From contig JAIFWQ010000001.1 in assembly GCA_019661795.1 (NCBI GenBank), positions 1 through 35,434 on the forward strand: a stretch of 35,434 nt of DNA, given 5' to 3'. Both the position numbers and the translations under genes were made by a program. This document shows, piece after piece, positions 24,641 through 35,414 of the stretch. The stretch's first letter is position 1; each line of letters starts with the position of its first letter. The notes under the pieces are model-generated. The model did not search any database and was not told the origin of the DNA. It saw only the letters and a list, made by a program, of their open reading frames with translations. The DNA comes from Candidatus Parcubacteria bacterium (GTDB lineage Bacteria; Patescibacteriota; Minisyncoccia; Phycocordibacterales; UBA6065).

Positions 24641-27619
24641 ATGAACGCATGTTCGACAAGGCTTTCTTCAGGTTCGCGCTCGGATTCTCGGCGATCGTGC
24701 TGCTTTCCCTCGCCGCTCTCTACGCGACCGGATATATGGAGAAGAAGAACGTTCCGGCGCAGACTGCGGCTGTCCGCTAGTCTGGCGCTCGCCTCGGCTG
24801 GATTTTCCTTTCTTTGCGGAGCTTTTTATCCCGCATATGCAGCTACGATCATAACGGAGAGCGTCGCTACGAGCACGGTCTGGAAGAAAGACGGCAATCC
24901 TTATCTTTTTCCGAGAGGCCTGTCGATTCTCCCGGGAGTTACGCTCGCTCTCGAGCCCGGCGTTATCCTGAAGGCATTCGGTCCTTATTTTTTCGAGATA
25001 CAAGGTAAGCTCATGGCGGAAGGGACGGCGAATGACCCGATCATCTTTACTTCTCTCTATGATGAAAGTTTTGGCGGCGAGACCGACGGCTATGCCTCGG
25101 TCTTTCCGTCAAATCCCGCATCGCCGGCCATCGTGGTTTCGGAGCATGACGGTAACATCCGGCTAAGCTTGAGCAACGATTCCGGCTTTGAAGGAGTCTC
25201 CTGGGCGTCCGATTTTGACGGCGGTCAGGGAAGGAGCGTCTATGTCGGCGATCCGGCGTCTTTCACATACGATATGCCGATCCCGTATGGGTCGAACGTC
25301 GAAGCGATCATCAGCAAGGTAAATCTCGCTACCGAAGAATGTCCATGGTCCCTGTACACGCGAAATATAAGCGCGGATTTCGCATGCCTCATCGGATATA
25401 CGCAAAGGATCGAAGCCCCGCTCGCAAGATATATGTCGGCTCCGCCTGCCGCGGGCGATTGGAAGTCGCTCCTCTTTTCGGAGGGCTCTCAAGGCGTTCT
25501 TTCCCATGTCATCATGCGATATGGCGGCGAACATCATTGTTCGAGCGGCTGTACCGATTCGCCGATGGTCATCGTCCGTCATGCGAATCTGTCGGTTTCG
25601 AATTCGTCCTTCGGCGATTCGCCGTCTGCGGCCATAAGCGTCGAAGAGGGCGGGCAAGTCAGCGTCGAAAGCGCGGCGATTTCGAACGTCGCCGAGGGAT
25701 TTCATATAACGGGCGGGCGAACTACGATCCATAATTCGAGCTTCGAAAACGCGGAGAATGGCGTATACATCGTGTCTGCGTACACGGGAACCGTCGATGC
25801 GACGGGAAACTGGTGGGGAGATCCGATCGGTCCGAAGCGCGATTTCAACGAGATCGGGAGCAGGGGCGCATGGGTGTTTCCCGGCACGATCTTTTCTCCA
25901 TGGCTCTCTTCGAAGTCTGATATCGGCGCATATTCGACTTCGACGTCTACGGCGTCGTCGACAGGATCAGGAACGCCGCCCGCGCCGGAAGGCGCGGGCG
26001 CTCCGAATCCCGTGATCATCGTGCCCGGCATCCTCGGTTCCGTCGAACACAACGGAAGATGGATAATCGATCCCATATTTCACGTCTATGACAGTCTCAT
26101 CGATACGTTCCTCGCGAACGGATACATCGCGAGCTCGACTCTATTCACTTTTCCCTACGACTGGCGGAGATCGAACGCTGAAACGGCCCTGCTCCTCAAA
26201 AAGAAGATAGGCGAGATCAAAACCCAATGTGCATGCTCGAAAGTCGACATCATCGCTCATTCGATGGGAGGTCTCGTCGCTCGCGCATACGCCCAGTCTG
26301 TCGGATATCAAAACGACATCGGCTCTCTGATCTTTCTCGGCACGCCTCATCGCGGCGCTCCAGAGAGCTATCTCGCGGCGGAGGCGGGCGAATTCGGATC
26401 TTCGCCGTGGGACCGCGTCCTTAAAATGCTCATCGACCTCTATGCCGTGGGTCAGGGCCGGGCGGACGGCTTCGACTATATCAAAAATCATCCGATCGCT
26501 TCGGTGAACGAGCTTTTGCCCATATATGATTATTTGAAGGCCGCTTCGACGAGCTCTATGACGCGATATCCCGACGGCTATCCCACAAATCCTTTTTTGG
26601 AAAATTTGAATCAGAGCCTGTCCGCTCTTCTCGGCTCTTCGATCCGGATCACAAATATATTCGGCGATGTCGGCACCGGAACCGTATCGGCTTTCGATAT
26701 AGGTCCCGGAGAAAGTTCTGGCCGCTGGATCCACGGCAAACCGACGAGCACGGAGTATGGAAGGGGAGACGGCACCGTGCCGCTTTCAAGCGCGATGCTC
26801 GGTGGCACTGCCGGTTCTCGGGATATTCCTGTTGCGGCGGGACATATCGAATTGCCGAGCGCTGTCGAATCGATCGCGCTCAAAAGCCTGACCGGGAAAG
26901 AAGCATCGACGACGGCCCGCCGCTTTCAGCCAGAACATATTTTGATGGCGATCATGCATTCGCCGGCCCATATGGCCGTCATCGCCCCGACCGGAGAAAG
27001 AACGGGCCGCGATTTTGCGACAGGAGGAGAGACGCAAGGCATACCCGGCTCATTCTATTCGGGAAACGAGAGCGAGATCGAATACGTGACGGTGCCCGAT
27101 CCTGCTTTTGGCGAATATAGGATAGAGACGGAAGGCAGAGGCGATGGCGCATATGCTGTCGAGATCCAAGACATATCGGATGCGACTTCGACGAAGTCTA
27201 TCTTCGAAGGAACTACATCCACAGGTCTCCGAGAAAATCTATTCTTCGATGTCGGCTCGTCCGGCACGTCTCCTATTAAGCCGGTGATTCCAGCGCATAC
27301 GGATATTCCGGAGATTCCGCCGCAGAAAGGCGATAAAACCGAAAAAGCCGAAGAGCCTGTCCGACTGCCCGATACAACCATGCGTCCCTCGGGATCTCGC
27401 TCTGCCGCGCATATGCCACCGGCCCCGCTCGCTCGAACATATATCGAGGATGTCGCGACGGCTTTGCCCAAACCTGAAATTCTGACAGCATCTCCAGAGT
27501 CGGTGTCAAAATATGCTGATGTCGCATCCGCACATCAAGGATTCACAGGCATATTGAAATGGTTCAAGGATCTGTTCGTACTACTAATGTTAGAATTGAA
27601 AAACAGATTTTTACATTAA
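24641..27619 (+). CDS. Large exported protein: right-handed beta-helix (PbH1/NosD-like) domain plus an alpha/beta-hydrolase lipase (LCAT/PGAP1-like) domain; 5' end uncertain
   Basis: 992-aa ORF. Signal-like 'LALASAGFSFLCGAFYPAYA/AT'. Beta-helix repeats end in 'ATGNWWGDPIGP'. Lipase signatures are 'NPVIIVPGILGS', GxSxG 'AHSMGG' (Ser codon 26261-26263), 'GTPHRGAP', 'GDGTVP' (Asp 26768-26770) and 'AAGHIELP' (His 26843-26845). Confidence 0.85.
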   Translation: MNACSTRLSSGSRSDSRRSCCFPSPLSTRPDIWRRRTFRRRLRLSASLALASAGFSFLCGAFYPAYAATIITESVATSTVWKKDGNPYLFPRGLSILPGVTLALEPGVILKAFGPYFFEIQGKLMAEGTANDPIIFTSLYDESFGGETDGYASVFPSNPASPAIVVSEHDGNIRLSLSNDSGFEGVSWASDFDGGQGRSVYVGDPASFTYDMPIPYGSNVEAIISKVNLATEECPWSLYTRNISADFACLIGYTQRIEAPLARYMSAPPAAGDWKSLLFSEGSQGVLSHVIMRYGGEHHCSSGCTDSPMVIVRHANLSVSNSSFGDSPSAAISVEEGGQVSVESAAISNVAEGFHITGGRTTIHNSSFENAENGVYIVSAYTGTVDATGNWWGDPIGPKRDFNEIGSRGAWVFPGTIFSPWLSSKSDIGAYSTSTSTASSTGSGTPPAPEGAGAPNPVIIVPGILGSVEHNGRWIIDPIFHVYDSLIDTFLANGYIASSTLFTFPYDWRRSNAETALLLKKKIGEIKTQCACSKVDIIAHSMGGLVARAYAQSVGYQNDIGSLIFLGTPHRGAPESYLAAEAGEFGSSPWDRVLKMLIDLYAVGQGRADGFDYIKNHPIASVNELLPIYDYLKAASTSSMTRYPDGYPTNPFLENLNQSLSALLGSSIRITNIFGDVGTGTVSAFDIGPGESSGRWIHGKPTSTEYGRGDGTVPLSSAMLGGTAGSRDIPVAAGHIELPSAVESIALKSLTGKEASTTARRFQPEHILMAIMHSPAHMAVIAPTGERTGRDFATGGETQGIPGSFYSGNESEIEYVTVPDPAFGEYRIETEGRGDGAYAVEIQDISDATSTKSIFEGTTSTGLRENLFFDVGSSGTSPIKPVIPAHTDIPEIPPQKGDKTEKAEEPVRLPDTTMRPSGSRSAAHMPPAPLARTYIEDVATALPKPEILTASPESVSKYADVASAHQGFTGILKWFKDLFVLLMLELKNRFLH
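24649..24780 (+). CDS. 43-codon ORF encoding a TM helix, out of frame with and overlapping the 5' end of the next gene. Either a separate small membrane protein or the true, frameshifted N-terminus.
   Basis: MFDKAFFRFALGFSAIVLLSLAALYATGYMEKKNVPAQTAAVR*. This frame has the genome-typical C/G-ending codons. The overlapping long-ORF frame here is full of rare-looking aga/cga/ata/agt codons. Confidence 0.35.
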   Translation: MFDKAFFRFALGFSAIVLLSLAALYATGYMEKKNVPAQTAAVR

Positions 27620-27625
27620 ACTTCC

Positions 27626-28294
27626 ATGAAAAAGACCCTTCTTGTCATACTCGCGCTCGTTATCGTCGGTTTCGGCGCTTTCGCATTCCTTACCCGTCCC
27701 GTCGCAGCCCCTACAGGGAACATCCAGTCTGCGGCAGATGCTCCCGCCGCGACCTCGTCAGCCGTGTATCGCATATCCCAGGCTTCTTCGAAAGTCGAAT
27801 TCCAAATACATGAAACGCTCTACGGCAAACCGAAGCTCGTTATAGGGACGACCAGCCAGATATCAGGAGACATCGCGGTCTCGGGCTCGAAGATCGATAT
27901 CGGCACGATAAAGATCGATGCGAGGACTCTGAAAACCGATAGTTCATCGCGCGATGGGGCGATCGATCGCTTGATCCTCAACGCAGGCAAGGAAGGGAAC
28001 GAATATATCGTCTTCAAGCCGACTTCGGCCGATCTCGCAGGAGCGGGCGCTCCGGGCAAACAGGTTTCTTTCAATGTGACAGGCGATCTCACGATATCAG
28101 GCGTGACCAAGCCGGCTACGTTCATGGTCACTGCGACGATCGCTGGCGACAAAATATCCGGAACAGCTTCGACGACGGTAAAAAGGTCAGACTACGGCCT
28201 CAAGATCCCGAGCTTTTCGTTCATAGCGGATGTCGGCGACCAGTTTTCGGTGAGCGCAGATATCGTCGCGGACAAAATATCAGCCGCACAATAA
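27626..28294 (+). CDS. YceI-family (lipid/polyisoprenoid-binding) periplasmic protein
   Basis: 222 aa. Signal or anchor 'LLVILALVIVGFGAFAFL', 'SSKVEFQIHETL', 'TLKTDSSSRDGAIDR', 'VTGDLTISGVTKPATF'. Confidence 0.88.
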   Translation: MKKTLLVILALVIVGFGAFAFLTRPVAAPTGNIQSAADAPAATSSAVYRISQASSKVEFQIHETLYGKPKLVIGTTSQISGDIAVSGSKIDIGTIKIDARTLKTDSSSRDGAIDRLILNAGKEGNEYIVFKPTSADLAGAGAPGKQVSFNVTGDLTISGVTKPATFMVTATIAGDKISGTASTTVKRSDYGLKIPSFSFIADVGDQFSVSADIVADKISAAQ

Positions 28295-28318
28295 AAAACC
28301 GCGAGACATTTCTCGTGG
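28293..28318 (-). terminator. Hairpin with its U-tail on the - strand (terminates a leftward transcript; may also stop yceI)
   Basis: AAAAAA-CCGCGAGA-CATT-TCTCGTGG on the + strand. The T-run exists only on the - strand. Confidence 0.5.
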
Positions 28319-28338
28319 TTCGCGAACCCTGAAGGTTT

Positions 28339-28566
28339 TCAGCAGTCAGCCGCCATCAATTGCAGGTCTGCCGTCGTAAAGGGGGCGCTCGATTGGCCGG
28401 GCTTGATCTTGCCGATGCGTTTGAGCTTGTTTGCGAGCACCTTGCGTAGGTGTGTTTTGCTGACGTCGGAGGGTCTTGCTTTGCCGTGTCGGATGGACAT
28501 AGATCGTATGGGGTTGGAGGAGAGCGGTTCGCTTTCCAGTATCGAATAAGGCCTAAAAACAGTCAA
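28339..28566 (-). CDS. Possible small basic protein (75 aa from TTG, or 53 aa from the internal ATG 'MSIRHGKARPS...'); no family recognised
   Basis: An ORF with a - strand terminator directly downstream (28293-28318). No SD was seen and the start is uncertain. Confidence 0.3.
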   Translation of the reverse strand: MTVFRPYSILESEPLSSNPIRSMSIRHGKARPSDVSKTHLRKVLANKLKRIGKIKPGQSSAPFTTADLQLMAADC

Positions 28567-28570
28567 TCGC

Positions 28571-28599
28571 TTGAAAAGTGGACAACTTCCTGCTAATCT
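28571..28599 (+). promoter_or_regulatory. Candidate sigma70 promoter of rplJ-rplL
   Basis: TTGAAA (28571-28576), 17-nt spacer ending in TGC, TAATCT (28594-28599). Confidence 0.5.
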
Positions 28600-28605
28600 C
28601 TATCC

Positions 28606-28771
28606 CGAAAGGCCGGAGAAAGCGCGGCGGCTCGAAGCAGGGGCAGAGAGCCATAATCCTTACTAAGGAAAGCCCGCTGAGGTCGAAACCAGCTGAACGC
28701 TGGTCTCAACTCCTCCGCGTCAGACGAAAGTTTGCGCGGCCTTTTAATTATCAGAGCTAGTCGACATATAC
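28606..28771 (+). promoter_or_regulatory. Structured ~165 nt 5' leader of rplJ; candidate L10(L12)n autoregulatory leader
   Basis: Several helices: CCTGCT...AGCAGG, the perfect hairpin ACCAGC-TGAAC-GCTGGT nested in GAGG...CCTC, and CCGCG...CGCGG. The position is that of known L10 leaders. Sequence homology was not verified. Confidence 0.35.
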
Positions 28772-29269
28772 ATGCCAATAACGAAGGACAGGAAGAAGGA
28801 GCTCATCAAAGAGCTCGAGACAGTCTTCAAGGATTCGAAAGGCGTGGTCTTCGTGGGCTTCAAAGGCCTCAAGGTGAACGACGCGAACAAGATGCGAATG
28901 GCATTCCGCTCGCAGGGCGTCGATTACATCGTGGCCAAGAAGACCCTCATGAACAGGGCTCTCGATGCCGCAAAGATCGAAGGCGCGAAGCCGGAGATCG
29001 CAGGCGAGGTCGCCGTCGCATACAGCGTCGACAATCTCACGCCGGCTCGGGAGATCGGCTCGTTCCTTAAAAAGAACAAGGACATGCTCCAGATCTTGGG
29101 CGGAGTCTTCGAAGGAAGATTCATCACCAAGGCGGACGTCGTGGCCTACAGCTCGATCCCTGACAAGAAGACCCTCTATGCCCAGATCGTCAATCTCTTC
29201 AACTCTCCGATACAGCGCACTGTCATCGCGATGAGCGAGATCGCCAAGAAGAAGGCTCCGGCGGCGTAG
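28772..29269 (+). CDS. rplJ: 50S ribosomal protein L10
   Basis: 165 aa. '[57 protein letters not shown]'. Confidence 0.95.
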   Translation: MPITKDRKKELIKELETVFKDSKGVVFVGFKGLKVNDANKMRMAFRSQGVDYIVAKKTLMNRALDAAKIEGAKPEIAGEVAVAYSVDNLTPAREIGSFLKKNKDMLQILGGVFEGRFITKADVVAYSSIPDKKTLYAQIVNLFNSPIQRTVIAMSEIAKKKAPAA

Positions 29270-29297
29270 GCAATTATCAAGCAATCATAAAAATCAT

Positions 29298-29678
29298 ATG
29301 GCAGAAACCCCAGCAAAGTTCAAGTCGATCGTCGATTCCCTCGAATCGATGTCGGTCCTCGACCTTCACGAGCTCGTGAAGCATCTCGAGGAGAAGTTCG
29401 GCGTCTCGGCGGCAGCGGTAGCGGCAGCTCCTGCGGCAGGCGCGGGCGCGGCGGCAGCCGAAGAGAAGTCTACCTTCACGGTAGAATTGAAGGACGGCGG
29501 CGCTTCGAAGATCTCCGTCATCAAGGTGGTCAAGGAAGCCCTCGGCCTCGGTCTCAAGGAGGCGAAAGACCTCGTTGACGGCGCTCCGAAGGTCCTCAAG
29601 GAAGGCGTCAAGAAAGAAGACGCAGAGAAGCTCAAGAAGGACATCGAAGCGGCAGGCGGAAAGGTGGAGCTTAAGTAA
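29298..29678 (+). CDS. rplL: 50S ribosomal protein L7/L12
   Basis: 126 aa. '[26 protein letters not shown]', an Ala-rich hinge, and '[56 protein letters not shown]'. Confidence 0.97.
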   Translation: MAETPAKFKSIVDSLESMSVLDLHELVKHLEEKFGVSAAAVAAAPAAGAGAAAAEEKSTFTVELKDGGASKISVIKVVKEALGLGLKEAKDLVDGAPKVLKEGVKKEDAEKLKKDIEAAGGKVELK

Positions 29679-29686
29679 GACCCTTT

Positions 29687-29751
29687 CTCCCAAAACAAAA
29701 GCCGGAACATCCTCCCAGTCTATTAGGATGTTCCGGCTTTTGTTTTGGGAG
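29687..29751. terminator. Very long perfect inverted repeat (27-bp stem, 11-nt loop) acting as the rplL terminator
   Basis: CTCCCAAAACAAAAGCCGGAACATCCT (29687-29713) pairs perfectly with AGGATGTTCCGGCTTTTGTTTTGGGAG (29725-29751). TTTTGTTTT lies in the descending arm. Confidence 0.8.
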
Positions 29752-29785
29752 AACACGGGTTTGGTTGTGAAAAAAAGAGAAGAAT

Positions 29786-29812
29786 AAAAAAACCGGTGCC
29801 TATCAGGCGCCG
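29786..29812 (-). terminator. Rho-independent terminator of the leftward zinc-ribbon gene (overlaps its stop codon)
   Basis: CCGGTGCC-TATC-AGGCGCCGG. The A-run at 29786-29792 gives the T-run on the - strand. Confidence 0.6.
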
Positions 29813-30357
29813 GCTTCGAGAAGCAGTTTTTCATTGCCTCCGCATTTTTCGCAACGGGGCTTTTTGCCCGTCTTTTCCTTGGCGAACTTGAGATTACTGA
29901 AATCATGGCGCGATACTTCAAAGACCGTGCCGCAGGGGCATTCGATCGAAAGGGTCACTTTCGCATCGAGGTTTTCCTGCCTACGTTTTAGGCGCTCAGC
30001 GATTTTCTCTTTGACCGTCAGTCTTTTAGAAGAGATCTGGACGGGCTCGTAATGAAACGAGGGTACAGGTCGGATCGTTTTCGTGAAGGATTCACGAAGG
30101 GCTGGTCTGGGAATCAAGGCTGGCTTCGATATCGTCGGCGGTTTCTGAACCGCGAGCGGCGTGACTGCTGCAGGTTTTACGGGTGCCTTGGGGGTTTCGA
30201 TCGGTTTGGAGAAGAACGTCGCTGGAGAGCGTTTGATCTCCTTCAGTCCGATCTCGATCGCCTTCAGGATAACCTTGTTATAGGGGACTTTGATGTTGAC
30301 TGCTATGGTATCCGCTGCAAGTGCAGTAGTGGCAGGTATGAGGAATAGCGTTTGCAT
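29803..30357 (-). CDS. Hypothetical protein with a Pro-rich middle and a C-terminal CPCG...CEKCG zinc-ribbon-like motif
   Basis: 184-aa ORF ending 'LSIECPCGTVFEVSRHDFSNLKFAKEKTGKKPRCEKCGG'. It has its own terminator. Confidence 0.6.
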   Translation of the reverse strand: MQTLFLIPATTALAADTIAVNIKVPYNKVILKAIEIGLKEIKRSPATFFSKPIETPKAPVKPAAVTPLAVQKPPTISKPALIPRPALRESFTKTIRPVPSFHYEPVQISSKRLTVKEKIAERLKRRQENLDAKVTLSIECPCGTVFEVSRHDFSNLKFAKEKTGKKPRCEKCGGNEKLLLEAGA

Positions 30358-30476
30358 AAGGGCATATGTGGTTGTGAAAGAGTTTTCCTCCTATAAAGCT
30401 AACGCCGCTGCGCGATTTGTCAATCGTTTTCATATTGTCTTCGAGCGGCGCTTTGATATATACTGCAAACAATCCT

Positions 30477-31055
30477 ATGGTTATCCTCTCACGACTCTTC
30501 GGTTCCGAGCTCCGCGTCAAAATGATGCGCCTCTTTATCTTCAATCCTGATAAGGCGTTCGACGTCAAATACATAGAGGTCAAAACCGGCAGCCGCAGGC
30601 GCGAGATCGAAAAAGAAGCGGCATTCCTCAAAAAGACCGGTCTCGTCCGGACGTCGAGAAAAAAGAAGGTCCTGATCGTCTCCCTCGATCCGAAATTCAA
30701 ATATCTCGCCCCGCTCTCCGATTTCCTCGTAAAGACCCATTCGCTCGAGAACAGGTCGGTCGTCAAAAGGATCGAAAAGGCCGGCAAGATCAAGGCCGTC
30801 GTCGTGTCCGGCATATTCACGGGCCAGCCTGACAGCCGCCTCGACCTGTTCGTGGTGGGGGACAACGTAAGATCGTCATCCATGGACCGCATCGTCAAAG
30901 GCATCGAGTCCGATATGGGCAAAGACATACGCTATGCCGTTCTTTCCGCCCCTGATTACGCCTACCGCGTCAGCATGAACGACAAGCTCATCCGCGACAT
31001 CGTCGATTACCCTCATACCGTGCTTCTCGACAAGATAGGCATCGTCCATTCCTAG
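30477..31055 (+). CDS. Hypothetical protein with an N-terminal ArsR-like wHTH segment and a nucleotidyltransferase-like C-terminal half
   Basis: 'LFGSELRVKMMRLFIFNPDKAFDVKYIEVKTGSRRREIEKEAAFLKKTGLV' then 'AVVVSGIFTGQPDSRLDLFVVGD'. The tracked ORF opens at TTG 30417. ATG 30477 is preferred, with TATACT at 30459-30464. Confidence 0.65.
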   Translation: MVILSRLFGSELRVKMMRLFIFNPDKAFDVKYIEVKTGSRRREIEKEAAFLKKTGLVRTSRKKKVLIVSLDPKFKYLAPLSDFLVKTHSLENRSVVKRIEKAGKIKAVVVSGIFTGQPDSRLDLFVVGDNVRSSSMDRIVKGIESDMGKDIRYAVLSAPDYAYRVSMNDKLIRDIVDYPHTVLLDKIGIVHS

Positions 31056-31087
31056 CCCTTATTTAAAGGATTTCTTATCCCCAGCTC

Positions 31088-31118
31088 TTGCTTCATCGGA
31101 TTTTTTAATTGCTATAAT
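31088..31118 (+). promoter_or_regulatory. Candidate promoter with an extended -10
   Basis: TTGCTT (31088-31093), 19-nt spacer, TGCTATAAT (31110-31118). About 100 nt of leader lie before ATG 31218. Confidence 0.4.
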
Positions 31119-31217
31119 TGATACGTACAAAAGGTCGTTGCGGCGCTCTCCCTTGTGGCCGCACTTGGTACATTTTAGGCAGCATTATTATCAGTATCGT
31201 TAATTTCAATCATTATC

Positions 31218-31913
31218 ATGGTACTTCAAGCATGGGGAAATACGGTCACCGGCGCTTTCCAGGGAATCTGGGGCGGAACGGTCGCTCTTCTCCCTAGCCT
31301 CATAGCGGCTATCGTCATCTTCATCGTCGGCTGGATCATAGGCGCCCTCGTCGGTCGCCTCATCGCTCATCTCATCCGCGCGATCAAGCTCGACGCTGCT
31401 CTCGAGCAGGCCGGCTTCGGCGGCGTCATGAAGCGCGCAGGCTTCAGCCTCAACTCGGGCGCCTTCATCGGCGGCCTCGTCGAGTGGTTCATCATCGTAG
31501 CCTTCCTCGTCGCCTCGTTCGAGGTGCTCGGGCTCACGCAGGTCAACGTCTTCCTCCAGCAGGTAGTCCTCCTCTACTTGCCGCAGGTCATCGTGGCGGT
31601 GCTCATCCTCCTCGTATCGGTCGTCATCGCCGATACGCTCTCGAAGATCGTCGCCGGCTCGGCTCGCGCCGCAGGCGTCCACTCCGCGAACTTCTTGGGC
31701 ACCATCACGAAATGGGCCATCTGGATCTTCGCCCTCCTCGCCGCGCTCGTTCAGCTCGGCATAGCGGTGTCGTTCATCCAGACCCTCTTCACCGGAGTCG
31801 TCGTGGCTCTCTCGCTCGCGTTCGGACTTTCGTTCGGGCTCGGCGGACAGGAAGCGGCGTCCCGCTGGATACAGAGGACTCGCGAAGAGATCGCATCTCA
31901 TCATCGCGACTAG
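31218..31913 (+). CDS. Conserved TM-helix-repeat membrane protein (MscS N-terminal-like, TM_helix family)
   Basis: 231 aa. Repeated units resemble 'LLPSLIAAIVIFIVGWIIGALVGRLIAHLIRAIKLD' and 'YLPQVIVAVLILLVSVVIADTLSKIVAGSARAAGV'. Confidence 0.75.
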   Translation: MVLQAWGNTVTGAFQGIWGGTVALLPSLIAAIVIFIVGWIIGALVGRLIAHLIRAIKLDAALEQAGFGGVMKRAGFSLNSGAFIGGLVEWFIIVAFLVASFEVLGLTQVNVFLQQVVLLYLPQVIVAVLILLVSVVIADTLSKIVAGSARAAGVHSANFLGTITKWAIWIFALLAALVQLGIAVSFIQTLFTGVVVALSLAFGLSFGLGGQEAASRWIQRTREEIASHHRD

Positions 31914-31948
31914 CCCGATCACGGCTTCTCGCCGATCACTTTAGAAGA

Positions 31949-31988
31949 CAAAGCCGCGCCGCAGGGGAAAACTCCGGGCGCGGCTTTG
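31949..31988 (+). terminator. Strong hairpin downstream of the TM-helix gene (no clear T-run)
   Basis: 12-bp stem CAAAGCCGCGCC / GGCGCGGCTTTG with a 16-nt loop. TGCTATCAT (a possible extended -10 for doxX) follows. Confidence 0.45.
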
Positions 31989-32029
31989 CTATCATGGGAA
32001 GGCATTATCATTTAGCAAATTAGAGAATC

Positions 32030-32428
32030 ATGTCTTCCAAAAAGAAGGATATCCTGACCCTCGCCGTGCGGCTCATCGTCGGCGGCATATTTATCACAGC
32101 CGGCTGGATGAAAGTCTCGGCCATGGCGGCGACCCTCGGCTTCTTCAGCTCGCTCGGCATCCCGGCCTTCCTCGTGTACATCGTGTCGTATTCGGAATTG
32201 ATCGGCGGCATCCTCGTCGTTCTCGGTCTCTGGACCTGTGCGGCATCGTTCATCCTTGCCGTCATCATGGCCTTCGCCATGTGGTATAGCCGAAGCATGG
32301 GCTTCCAGGGGATCATGGCTCCGCTCGCCATCCTCGGAGGACTGCTCTCGATCATGGCGTCTGACGCCGGCGCATATGCGGTTCGCCTGAAAAAGGGATC
32401 CGACCAGGCCTCTGTGGCCTCGATATAG
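32030..32428 (+). CDS. DoxX-family membrane protein
   Basis: 132 aa with four TM segments. 'LAVRLIVGGIFITAGWMKV' and 'YSELIGGILVVLGLWT' are typical of DoxX. Confidence 0.85.
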   Translation: MSSKKKDILTLAVRLIVGGIFITAGWMKVSAMAATLGFFSSLGIPAFLVYIVSYSELIGGILVVLGLWTCAASFILAVIMAFAMWYSRSMGFQGIMAPLAILGGLLSIMASDAGAYAVRLKKGSDQASVASI

Positions 32429-32473
32429 GGCTGTTTTTTGGGCCATTCGGCCAAAGATCTGCCTAAGGACAGA

Positions 32474-32499
32474 AAAGCGGCGCTCGGATGCGCCGCTTT
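32474..32499 (+). terminator. Terminator-like hairpin after doxX
   Basis: AAAGCGGCGC-TCGGAT-GCGCCGCTTT, with a weak T tail. Confidence 0.5.
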
Positions 32500-32512
32500 C
32501 GCTTGGAAACGC

Positions 32513-32540
32513 TTGACGTTTAAATGGATATAAGTATACT
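32513..32540 (+). promoter_or_regulatory. Candidate promoter upstream of the 23S rRNA
   Basis: TTGACG (32513-32518), 16-nt spacer, TATACT (32535-32540). An AT-rich region follows. Confidence 0.4.
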
Positions 32541-32825
32541 TACTTTTACCTCAATATGGTTATTAATTTCACTTTCAAGCGGACTAAATAGGCCATTCAT
32601 TTGGCTCTGTTTCAGTTCCGCTCGAAAGAGCGGTTTTTAATTTTTTGAGGGGCTGTTTTTTGACAATAGAATCCCACCCTCGTTAGTCTTTTCAGCCCGT
32701 TAAAAGGCTGGATGGTCTTTTCAAGAGCGAAGAGGTGGCCGTTCCGTACGTTAGATCGTGCGGGACGAATCCTGCATTTTCCTGGAAAGAGAATGCAGCG
32801 ACAGGTAAATTAAATTGTAAGAAAA

Positions 32826-35414
<2,589 letters not shown>

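Noticed and set aside
28578-28778. Two short ORFs (28578..28760 + and 28593..28778 -) upstream of rplJ.
   Set aside because: They sit in the helix-rich rplJ leader downstream of a good promoter. The translations are Arg/Lys/Ser low-complexity sequence. The region is more parsimoniously a regulatory leader RNA.
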